Shown here piece by piece: positions 53,091-64,000 of a stretch of DNA of 64,000 nt (position 1 is the first letter of the stretch; each line of letters starts with the position of its first letter). Source of the stretch: Octopus vulgaris (taxonomy: Eukaryota); contig OX597819.1 of NCBI GenBank assembly GCA_951406725.2, positions 7,068,001 to 7,132,000 on the forward strand, written 5' to 3'. The notes under the pieces are model-generated. The model did not search any database, was not told the origin of the DNA, and worked only from the letters and a program-made list of their open reading frames with translations. The position numbers and the translations under genes were made by a program.

Positions 53091-54329
53091 TAATAGCTTG
53101 TCTGATAGTATAAATATGCACGCACACACGCACGCACACACATACAAACATACATACATACTTACATACATAGATACATACATAATACATACATACATAC
53201 ATACATACATACATACATACATACATACATACATACATACATACATACATACATACACACATACATACATACATCATGCATACACACATACACACATGCA
53301 TACATACATACATACATGCATACATACATACATACATACATGCATGCATACATACATACATACATACAGACATACAGACATACATACATACATACATCAT
53401 GCATACACACATACACACATGCATACATACATACATACATATATACATACATACCTATACATACATGCATGCATCTGATCATTGCCGTAAATAAAAGTGA
53501 TATCTGACGGCGTGTCATCTTGATCTCCTACTGTCTAATATCTTTGAAACACCTTTCTAAATATTATAACAATTACCAGAGGCAATGTGCGGAGACAAAT
53601 AACGACTGCCTTCACCTCACTCACACACTTTGAAGATATCCAGACTAATTAATTCAATCGCTTCTTACTCGCTGCTTTGCTTAGCAAAGCCAACTTATTA
53701 CATAAATGCTTTATGATCGATCATATCGAGTTAGCATTGATTGGATGGCACACTGCTGTTATATGGAATTATGACTGCCATTAAAAACTCGATGCAATGC
53801 TTAAACGACAATTAATGAATTTTATTGAAAGCTTTAAGATATTCAGTGTTTAATGCGACAGTCAGGGAAATTCAATTTCACTAACCGACACCAATACAAA
53901 ATCTCACAAGACACTCAAAGAATCAGCTTTTTCAGTTTCTTCCCCACCAATTAATGGGAAAATTTGCCGCTGGCGTCCTGTTCTATGTAAAATTTAATAA
54001 CACGAAACAGTCATGTGATTTCGACGTTTTCCTTTCTATTTTATTTTTTGAATTTTTGTTGTTGTTTTTTTGTTAGTTTGTTTATTTGTTATTTTTTCTT
54101 TACTGACTTTTTGGTGATGATTTCTTTACCTGCAAACAGTTTATTATACTTAAAAGATATGAAGTCAGAATTCCTCCCTGCAATGATAGTAATCACCCTT
54201 CTTAGTACAAATATCGATACGTTTCACAAAAGCAATAAATAATAGAAATTCATTAGAAAAATCTCATAACGTGCTTAAAGGATTGATGACAGGTATATTG
54301 ACATCAGTAATGATATAGTGTTAATAAAT

Positions 54330-54361
<32 letters not shown>

Positions 54362-54363
54362 AA

Positions 54364-54460
<97 letters not shown>

Positions 54461-54807
54461 TTTGGTACAAGGCCGACGAGTGTGATGAGTTAAGTCGATT
54501 ACATCGACCCCAGTGCTCAACTGGTATATATTTTAGAAGAAGAAGAAGAAGAAGAAGAAGAAGAAGAAGAAGAAGAAGAAGAAGAAGAAGAAGAAGAAGA
54601 AGAAGAAGAAGAACAACAACAACAACAACAACAACAAAGATTTCAAATTTTGACGCAGGGCCAACAGTTTTTGAAAGGAGGTAAATCGATTACATTTTAT
54701 CGACCCTGAAAGTCGACTTTGGTGGAATTTGGATTCAGAACTTAAAAACGCACGAAATCTGCTGAGCATTTTGTTCGGCTCGCTAACGATTCTGCCAGCT
54801 CACCGTC

Positions 54808-54864
<57 letters not shown>

Positions 54865-54866
<2 letters not shown>

Positions 54867-54992
54867 CCTACGCAGAACACTTTCCATACAATAACCATCA
54901 GAGCATCACAACAAATCACAGCACAAACCCAAGGCACACAGAGCTGCGCTCGGTAGTGAAGTGAAAGCACGCTATAAAAAATAAAACTATTG
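54865..54992 (+). mobile_element. Extreme 3' end of a Dong/R4-like element in (AAT)n
   Basis: ILRRTLSIQ* plus a short UTR; (AAT)n on both flanks. Confidence 0.7.
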
Positions 54993-55092
54993 AATAATAA
55001 TAATAATAATAATAATGATGATGATGATGATGATGATGATAATAATAATAATAATAATAATAATAAGGATGATGATGATGATAATAATGATG

Positions 55093-55169
<77 letters not shown>

Positions 55170-55460
55170 AATGATGATGATTTTTTATTACAGGCAAAAG
55201 ACTACACATTTTGAGGAAGAATATAGTTTAAAATCTATCAATCTAGTATATGACTAGAGTTTATTTAATTGAAAGTCTGAGCTGGCCTTTGTGAAATTTG
55301 AACTCGAAAAGGTAAAGAAATTCTACCAAATACTGCAAAGTACTTTACTAAACGCTCTACTGCTTCTGCTATTTCATTTTCCCTCCTAGTCATCATCATA
55401 ATCCTTTATACTTTAGACACAAGGCCTGAAATTTTGTATGAAAGTGTAAGTCAGTTACAT

Positions 55461-56075
55461 CGACCCCGGTTCTTGACTGGTACTTATTTTATTGACCCCG
55501 GTGCTTGACTGGTACTTATTTTATCGACCCCGGTGCTTGACTGGTACTTATTTTATTGACCCCGGTGCTTGACTGGTACTTATTTTATTGACCCCGGTGC
55601 TTGACTGGTACTTATTTTATTGACCCCGGTGCTTGACTGGTACTTATTTTATCGACCCCGGTGCTTGACTGGTACTTATTTTATTGACCCCGGTGCTTGA
55701 CTGGTACTTATTTTATTGACCCCGGTGCTTGACTGGTACTTATTTTATTGACCCCGGTGCTTGACTGGTACTTATTTTATTGACCCCGGTGCTTGACTGG
55801 TACTTATTTTATCGACCCCGGTGCTTGACTGGTACTTATTTTATTGACCCCGGTGCTTGACTGGTACTTATTTTATCGACCCCGGTGCTTGACTGGTACT
55901 TATTTTATCGACCCCGGTGCTTGACTGGTACTTATTTTATCGACCCCGGTGCTTGACTGGTACTTATTTTATCGACCCCGGTTCTTGACTGGTACTTATT
56001 TTATCGACCCCGGTGCTTGACTGGTACTTATTTTATCGACCCCGGTGCTTGACTGGTACTTATTTTATCGACCCC
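55461..56075. repeat. 32-bp minisatellite (19 units) inside a minus-strand SINE B
   Basis: Unit (c/t)gaccccggtgcttgactggtacttattttat; SINE sequence continues on both sides. Confidence 0.95.
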
Positions 56076-56599
56076 GAAAGGATGAAAGGCAAAGTCGATC
56101 ATTGCATAATTTGAACTAAGAACGTAAAGACGGACGAAATGCCGCTAAACATTTTTGTCCGACGTGCTGACGATTTTGTCAGTTCGCCTGCTTACTTCAT
56201 AACTGCTGCTTCTTCTTTAGACACATGGCAAATAATTTTTAGGGTCAACCCCAGAGGAGTAAAAGGCAAAGTTAACCATAGCGGGATTTGAACTGAAAAC
56301 GTAAAGAGCCGTAAGAAATACGGCAAAGGATTTTTTCCGACGCCCTATTTTATTTCTCTTGCTTAATAATGCTCATAATTCCTACCATAAGCATAATTTG
56401 TATGAAGGGTAACAATCGATTATATCGATCCTACCACTTGGCTGGTGTTTTATTTTATCGATTCAGAGAAGGATGAAAGGTAAATTTGACGTCAGTAGAA
56501 TTTGAACTCAGAATGTAAAGAACCAGAAGAAATACTGCAAAGCAAAAATACGTACTGACATACAAACAAGGTATAGGCTAAGGGCTCTGTACAAGATCT

Positions 56600-57120
56600 G
56601 TAAAGGTATATTAAAAATTGTTACAAAACAAATATATAAACTACTGCTGCGTTAGCAGATTTATTTCATTGACATTGTTCTAAGTTGGCTTACCGTTCTA
56701 TTGAAACTAGTTCATTTACCCGCTCTCCTATGCTTCTTGCCGTTTCCCCTACGTATGTCGTTGTCTTGTTATTGCATCGTCCCTCTATACATCTTATACT
56801 ATAGACTACTTTTCTGACTTTACAGTTTGTTTGTGGGCTAAATCTACACACAGTACAGTACCTATCCGTACAGGGGGGTCTACTAAAAGGGTAGGTTCTA
56901 CCGATTATGGATTTGATAGGGTTGCCTGGCTTTTCAACAACCTTAATCCTTAGCTTAAGTTTGTCTAGGGTCCTCCTAAATCGCTACGCCAGTTCACCTC
57001 TAGGGGTGATGTCGACGAACATGACACTCTGGTATTTGTGGCTATCATACCAAAAGTTGGCCTTCCCTATTTTCTTCTTTGTCCTTTCCATAGTGTTCCA
57101 TGACTTGCTCCTATAGAGTG
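56600..57120 (-). mobile_element. Penelope-like ORF remnant
   Basis: WYDSHKYQSVMFVDITPRGELA..IKVVEKPGNPIK resembles the RT-endonuclease linker. Confidence 0.6.
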
Positions 57121-57230
57121 GACAAATCCCATTCCTATCATTACATAAGATAGTATCAAACTGGCAAAATGACCATTCCTAAATCCAACAATATCTGTTT
57201 CAACACACGATTTCACATAAAAAATCTTGC

Positions 57231-57298
<68 letters not shown>

Positions 57299-57659
57299 TA
57301 AACAAACGAATAAATGCAAACCTAACAAAGGCAATACTTGCACACAACAACGTAGAAACGTACAGAAGGGAATAAGTCAAGCAAAGTTAGGACATATCAA
57401 TTAGAAAGACGAAAAGAGAGCAAGAGAGAATAAAGTATATGGAAGAATATAGCAAAGGACAGCAGAGAATGGTAAGAATATAAAAAAAGTGGACGTTTCT
57501 TACAGAGAGTGAGAGAAAAGAAGGGAAGTAGTATTCGTAATATATGTATGTATCATGTTAAAATGTTGTTTTGGGGGTTTTTCTGTTTTGTTTTTTAGTG
57601 GCTGGGTCTGAAGAAATGCTAATGTCTATGGTCGTCGCAGGCTTTCCAAGATCGGTGAG

Positions 57660-57960
57660 TCTGATGTCATTAATGCTTCTTTTGCAAGTCAACACCTACG
57701 AAAAGGACATAAGCAGGAAGGGAATTCCAGAAGCCCGACGTTCCGGGAAGAAAGAGAACTGGGCATAGTGATTTGTGAGATGCTTTGGGAGTGGAAACAG
57801 AAGGAGTGGCGAGAGAAGGGACAAGTGAATCGAAAAAAACTGAGTGAAGGTAGCATGAGCCCAGCCTGATCTGATGAGCAAATGCCTTTAATGTATCGGT
57901 AGAAAAGGCAGAGAGAGCAGAAGCACGCCCCTGGTATTTTGTTTCTTTCCGATTGCTACC
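57660..57960 (-). mobile_element. CR1/L2-group LINE 3' remnant
   Basis: SFFP/TSGFWNSLP motif, frameshifted. Confidence 0.6.
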
Positions 57961-58169
57961 GGGTCGTAGTAGTAGTAACAACAGTTCCAGCAATGACAAT
58001 TCTCCTTTCTTATTAAGTAGTGGCTATTAGTCGTCGCAGCTGCAGCAATACTTGTAGATGTAGTAGTCGTAGTGGTTGTGTTAGTCTATCTTGTATCTGT
58101 AGAAGCTTTCTCTCCCACAGTTATTTAGAAGTGGACGTATTTGATTGTGGAAATTGTTTCTTTGTAGAT

Positions 58170-58570
58170 GAGCTGTTGTATTATGTAATCGCTAAACTGA
58201 TATGAGAGAAAATTGTAAACTTTGGTTGTTTCTTATCTGCATCTGTGTCTATATGTTCACCGAGTGCTATTTGTCTGTATTCCTGTATTTTATTTTGTGA
58301 TCTAAGCAGAATCATGCGTTGTCTCATAGACTCTCCAGTTTGTTCTATGTAATTCTCTCCACATTTTTTTATTGTGAAGTGTTGCTTTTATTTGAAAAGG
58401 ATCTCTGATCCTACCATCAGATTAAAGCATATACCATATTTGGGTCTTCCATGTGTCTCTACTGTTAGTCTTGTTAATGTATGAAGTTTGGCTCTTGTCA
58501 GTATTGTCAGTATTCAATGATTTGGATTGTCTTTTGTTCTTTATGAGTGTATATGTTTGGTCGATTTGGT
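58170..58570 (-). mobile_element. Penelope GIY-YIG remnant
   Basis: CGENYIEQTGESMRQRM...ALGEHID. Confidence 0.7.
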
Positions 58571-60054
58571 TCAACCTGGAGTCCTATGTTTTGGAATATG
58601 GGGGTGTGACATCTTTTCTGGGTCTGTAAATTCAGTACCAATTGAACACTGGGCTTGACGTAATTGACTTACTCCTCCCCTCTAATAATTACTGGCCTTG
58701 TCCCAAAATTTAAAGCCAAAAACTTGAAACAAAAAATGTTAACTGTTGGTAAGGGCAGTGGGTTGGCTAAATCATTAGGGAATCGGACAAAATGTCCTGT
58801 AGTATTGCTTCGGTCCTTTACGTTCTAAGTTCATTTCGTGATGTGGCCACTTTGTATTTTATTCTTCTGAAGTTGATAAAATAAAACACTGAGGTCGATA
58901 GAATCGACTGTTTCTTTCTCCCAAATTTGAGGTCTTGTGAAAGAAATCAATTTCTATAGAAAATCTGCCGAGGTCAACTTTGCCTTTTATCCCTCTGAAT
59001 TAATCAACTTTTCTTAAAATGTGTAACCTGTACCACTTCACCGAAATCAATGTTAACAGTTGGGAAATACGCTCAAAGTTCAAATCAATATTAAAACTAA
59101 TTGATATGTCACGTCTGGAACGGGAATCTAACTGATGTGTCGTGTCTGGAACTTGACTGATATGCTGTTATGGTACTGGTAAATATTGCAATAATGTGGA
59201 GTCTAGAAAGTTGACATCAAGAAATGCTGTGTAATCTCGCTGGTCTTAACTCACTTACGTGTAAATCGATACCAGCTTACTGCTATAATCAGCGTGAACA
59301 CTAAATAATTAACAACTGTTTCGTTTGGCAGAGTCGTTAAAGCGGAGGACGAAATGTCTCTTTGCATTTTGATTTCAAATCCTGTCAATGTCAGCTCTAC
59401 CTTTCGTCCTTCTGGGGTCAAAAAAATTAATTAATTAAAAGTTTAAGACTATCAGAATTGTAAGCATTGGATGGGATGCCGAGCGATATTCGCTCCAATT
59501 CTTTACGTTTTGAGTTTAAATCCCGCTTTAGCCTAGCTAGGTGATGAATTTACTCCCTCACCCTGTTCAGCAACACCATTTTAGCCTTGGTGTCGCAAAC
59601 ATTTGACCCATATCTCTTGTTTGAAGATACGTTCCTTCATCCCTCCCATAGTTTTGGTGGTCCCGAAACGGTTTATGGGCACTGCTCTACATTATGAACG
59701 GGTTAGAAAACGTTTTTAAAAACCTACAATGTTAAATTCAAGTCCACCTAAATGTATAGAGAAGGCAACAGAAGACAACTTTTCTATAATCTCCCCTGAA
59801 AAATTTTGTTGTTGTTTTGTCTATACAGCTACTAGTGGTTGTTTTTGACTTGATAGGGACTTCATTTTATAGAAAATTAACAGCAGTAGCCATACAAACG
59901 GGGACGTGGTGAGGTATTAAAAGAATCAGTAATACCCAAGCCTTGTACTGCCTCCTTTCGACTTAATGAGGATGCTTCTAGATCAATGGCTCTCAACCAC
60001 TTTTTTATCTATGGACCCCTTATTAAATATTATTAGGAATTGCATAAGAAATTA

Positions 60055-60498
60055 CTCTTTTACTTGTTTCAGTCATTTTATTGTGGCCATGCTAGAGCAC
60101 CGCCTTTAGTCGAGCAAATCGACCCCAGGACTTATTCTTTGTAACCCTAGTACTTATTCTATCGGTATCTTTAGCCGAACCGCTAAGTTACGGGGATGTA
60201 AATATACCAGCATCGGTTGTCAAGCAATGTTGGGAGGACAAACACACACACACATACACACACACACATACACACATACACACACACACATACACACACA
60301 CACACACATATATATATATATGTGTGTGTGTATACGACGGGTTTCTTTCAGTTTCCGTCTACCAAATCCACTCACAAGGCATTGGTTGGCCTGAGGCTAT
60401 AGTAGAAGACACTTGCCCAAGGGGCCACGCAGTGGGACTGAACCCGGAACCATGTGGTTGGAAAGCAAGCTACTTACTACACAGCCACTCCTACGCCT
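60055..60498 (-). mobile_element. SINE family A
   Basis: Reverse complement copy, slightly diverged. Confidence 0.88.
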
Positions 60499-60709
60499 AT
60501 AATTGTTAAACTATTTTCTGCATTGTGGAAGTATGATCAGTTTATTGCATATACATTTTATCAAAGCCTTATATGGACCGCCCAAGGGTCATATGAACTA
60601 CTGTTCTCGATTGTCGATCAATCTGCTAGAAATAACAGTTAAACCTTCATCAAATCACATTATTTCGTCTTACAAACAGAACTTAGTGAATGAGTTAGTA
60701 TTAGATAAA

Positions 60710-61104
60710 TCTTTATATATAAAAGTGAGGTTGTGTGCTGTCTGTCTCCGATTTAGATTCCTAACTACTCCCACATTTTGCGGTACAGTTTAACCAAAAC
60801 CGGGTATCTTATAGTCGTGATTCATATCGAGCCCTTCTGGGTATTAGCGCGCGTCTACGATGAGTCTACGAATTTTTAAAATATTTACCATCAATTTTTC
60901 CCTTTTTTAATGCATTTTTGGCATATATAAGGGAAGTAACTCTCTAAAAATTTATTACTAAATCTCAGAACGTAAAAAGCTACAGTAACACCCCTATCCT
61001 TTGCGGTTAGCCATATTGAGATGGCTATTAAACTTTACATCCCTAAAAATGCTTATATAGTTATTTCCCTTACAAACCCGAGCAACGCCGGGCGATTCTG
61101 CTAG
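60710..61104 (+). mobile_element. Non-autonomous Helitron
   Basis: A|TC...CTAG|T termini and hairpin. Confidence 0.9.
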
Positions 61105-61191
61105 TAATGTCTAAAATGATTGAAAAAGGTTACAACGGAAACACCATTGACCACATCTACTCAATCAGTGCTGATTTACGACTAAACAGTA

Positions 61192-61268
<77 letters not shown>

Positions 61269-61269
61269 A

Positions 61270-61657
61270 GCTGTTGTTGCTGTTGCTGTTGAGCGAACGG
61301 TCTTCGTCCCACAGCTCGCAAGATGGGAGAATTCCGAAACGTGGTCCTTTGCTATTCGTAAGACCCGCAGAAGAGAAAGCAGGTCAACCCCCGACACCGA
61401 GAGCATCGACGGATGGATGAATGCGCATCCAGGCTCAGCGGTTGCGTAGGAAGTTGGGGAGGACAAGAAATAGGAAGAAAGAGTGAGAGAAAGTTGGAGC
61501 AAAAGAGCACAACAGGGGTCGCCACCACCCCCTGCCGGAGGCTCGTGGAGCTTTGGATGTTTTCGCTCAATAAACACACAACGCCCGGTCTGGAAATCGA
61601 AACCGTGATCCTCCGACCGCGAGTCCGCTGCCCTAACCATTGGGCTATTGCGCCTCC
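61270..61657 (-). mobile_element. SINE with a family C head and a different tail
   Basis: Head matches 27950-28081; distinct 3' half ending in (CAA/CAG)n. Confidence 0.8.
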
Positions 61658-61739
61658 TGCTGTTGCTGCTTCTATTGCTACAACTGCTGCTGCTGTTGCT
61701 TCAACTATTACAGCTGCTGCTGCTACTACTACTGCTATA

Positions 61740-61775
<36 letters not shown>

Positions 61776-61798
61776 ACTACTACTACTACTACTACTAC

Positions 61799-61799
<1 letters not shown>

Positions 61800-61861
<62 letters not shown>

Positions 61862-61956
61862 TAATAATAAAAATGATAATAATAATAATGATAATAATAA
61901 TAAAAATGATAATAATAATAATGATAATAATAATAAAAATGATAATAATAATAATG

Positions 61957-62011
<55 letters not shown>

Positions 62012-62061
62012 TGATGATGATGATAATAATGATAATAATAATAATAATGATAATAATAATG

Positions 62062-62125
<64 letters not shown>

Positions 62126-62175
62126 TAATAATAAGAAGAAGAAGAAGAATGATGATGATGAATATGATGATGATT

Positions 62176-62206
<31 letters not shown>

Positions 62207-62256
62207 TGATGATGATGATAATAATGATAATAATAATAATAATGATAATAATAATG

Positions 62257-62314
<58 letters not shown>

Positions 62315-62364
62315 TAATAATAAGAAGAAGAAGAAGAATGATGATGATGAATATGATGATGATT

Positions 62365-62395
<31 letters not shown>

Positions 62396-62445
62396 TGATG
62401 ATGATGATAATAATGATAATAATAATAATAATGATAATAATAATG

Positions 62446-62515
<70 letters not shown>

Positions 62516-62565
62516 TAATAATAATAAGAAGAAGAAGAATGATGATGATGAATATGATGATGATT

Positions 62566-62660
<95 letters not shown>

Positions 62661-62685
62661 AACAATAATAATAATAATAATAATA

Positions 62686-62758
<73 letters not shown>

Positions 62759-62840
62759 TGATGATGATGATGATAATAATAATAATAATGATGATGATGA
62801 TGATGATGATGATAACAATAATAATAATAATAATAATACA
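61800..62840. repeat. Compound (AAT)/(GAT) microsatellite of about 1 kb with higher-order repeats
   Basis: aagaagaag-aatgatgatgatgaatatgatgatgattat marker at about 62133, 62323 and 62526. Confidence 0.95.
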
Positions 62841-63314
62841 ATTTTTGACTGTCCAGCAACTGGAAAAAGACTGTAACAAATTGAGATTGAGACCGAGAGA
62901 GAAAGAACGAAAGAAAAGGTGTTAGACAGGAGTAAGGAGAGTGGGAGGGGAGGCAAGAGAGAATGTCTGTTCTGTCGATATGTGTATGTGCCTGTGTGAG
63001 TATGTGTGTGTGTGTGTGTAGTGTGCGTGTAAGTAATGGCGTGCGACCAGATACATTTGGACATTTCTAATTGAGTGTGTCGTTAGTCGTACGTAAGTCT
63101 ATAGGTCTATCTCGCAGGACAAATGGTGTCTGGGAACGTGTGTGTTGATTTGAGTGTCAGCGTTAGTGTATGTGCATTGCCTGCGAAGGTGCATGTGTGT
63201 GTGTGTGTGTGTGTGTATGAATGTATACACACACAGAGGAGAAGGATACATATGCATATATATAATATATATACATGTATACGCACACACACATAAACAG
63301 ATATACATGTATAT

Positions 63315-63462
63315 ATCATCATCATCATCATCGTCGTTTAACGTCCGTTCTCCATGCTAGCATGGGTTGGACGGTTCGACCGGGGTTCTGGGAAGCCAGA
63401 AGGCTGCACCAGGCTCCAGTCTAAATTTGGCAATGTTTCTACAGCTGGATGCCCTTCCTAAC

Positions 63463-63466
<4 letters not shown>
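63315..63466 (-). mobile_element. 3' part of a SINE with a (GAT)n tail
   Basis: ggcgttaggaagggcatccagctgtagaaac ... ggacgttaaacgacgatgatg. Confidence 0.7.
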
Positions 63467-63497
<31 letters not shown>

Positions 63498-63550
63498 AAA
63501 CATAGATACACACATATATGCATACATACACATATATACATAAACATAGA

Positions 63551-63612
<62 letters not shown>

Positions 63613-63639
63613 AATATGTGTATGTATATATACATATAT

Positions 63640-63668
63640 CATTCAACTATAATATGTATGTATATGTT

Positions 63669-63705
<37 letters not shown>

Positions 63706-64000
63706 CATGTATGCATACATACATGTATGTACACATACATGCATACATACATGCATACATACATACATACATACATGCATACATACATACATACATACAT
63801 ACATACATACATACATACATACATACATACATACATACATACATACATACATACATACATACATACATACATACATACATACATACATACATACATACAT
63901 ACATACATACATACATACATACATACATACATACATACATACATACATACATACATACATACATACATACATACATACATACATACATACATACATACAT
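63640..64000. repeat. (TACA)n microsatellite
   Basis: Directly visible. Confidence 0.95.

Noticed and set aside
55461-56075. CRISPR-like array of 32-bp repeats
   Set aside because: No unique spacers, no cas genes, eukaryotic context; the unit derives from SINE B.
61413-62925. Long ORFs of 353-487 aa
   Set aside because: Translations of a SINE plus trinucleotide microsatellites.

Overview
AT-rich, repeat-saturated eukaryotic DNA. The SINE families and very dense microsatellites are characteristic of an Octopus genome (inferred). Most of the window is transposable-element debris: three tRNA-derived SINE lineages, LINE fragments (CR1, RTE/BovB, R4/Dong, HERO), Penelope-like elements with minimal hammerhead ribozymes, non-autonomous Helitrons, mariner remnants and hAT and pogo MITEs. 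No complete protein-coding gene is visible; three phase-compatible minus-strand exons at 21.4-21.9 kb probably end a gene. The main unexplained structure is five anciently diverged, same-orientation copies of a 350-500 bp non-coding unit in the first 16 kb. Four keep a minus-strand splice donor at the same aligned position, and some keep TATA-like and CRE motifs, suggesting a tandem array of alternative promoter/first-exon cassettes. A second theme is a set of CCGAnGA-type hammerhead motifs in tandem, inverted and fold-back arrangements.
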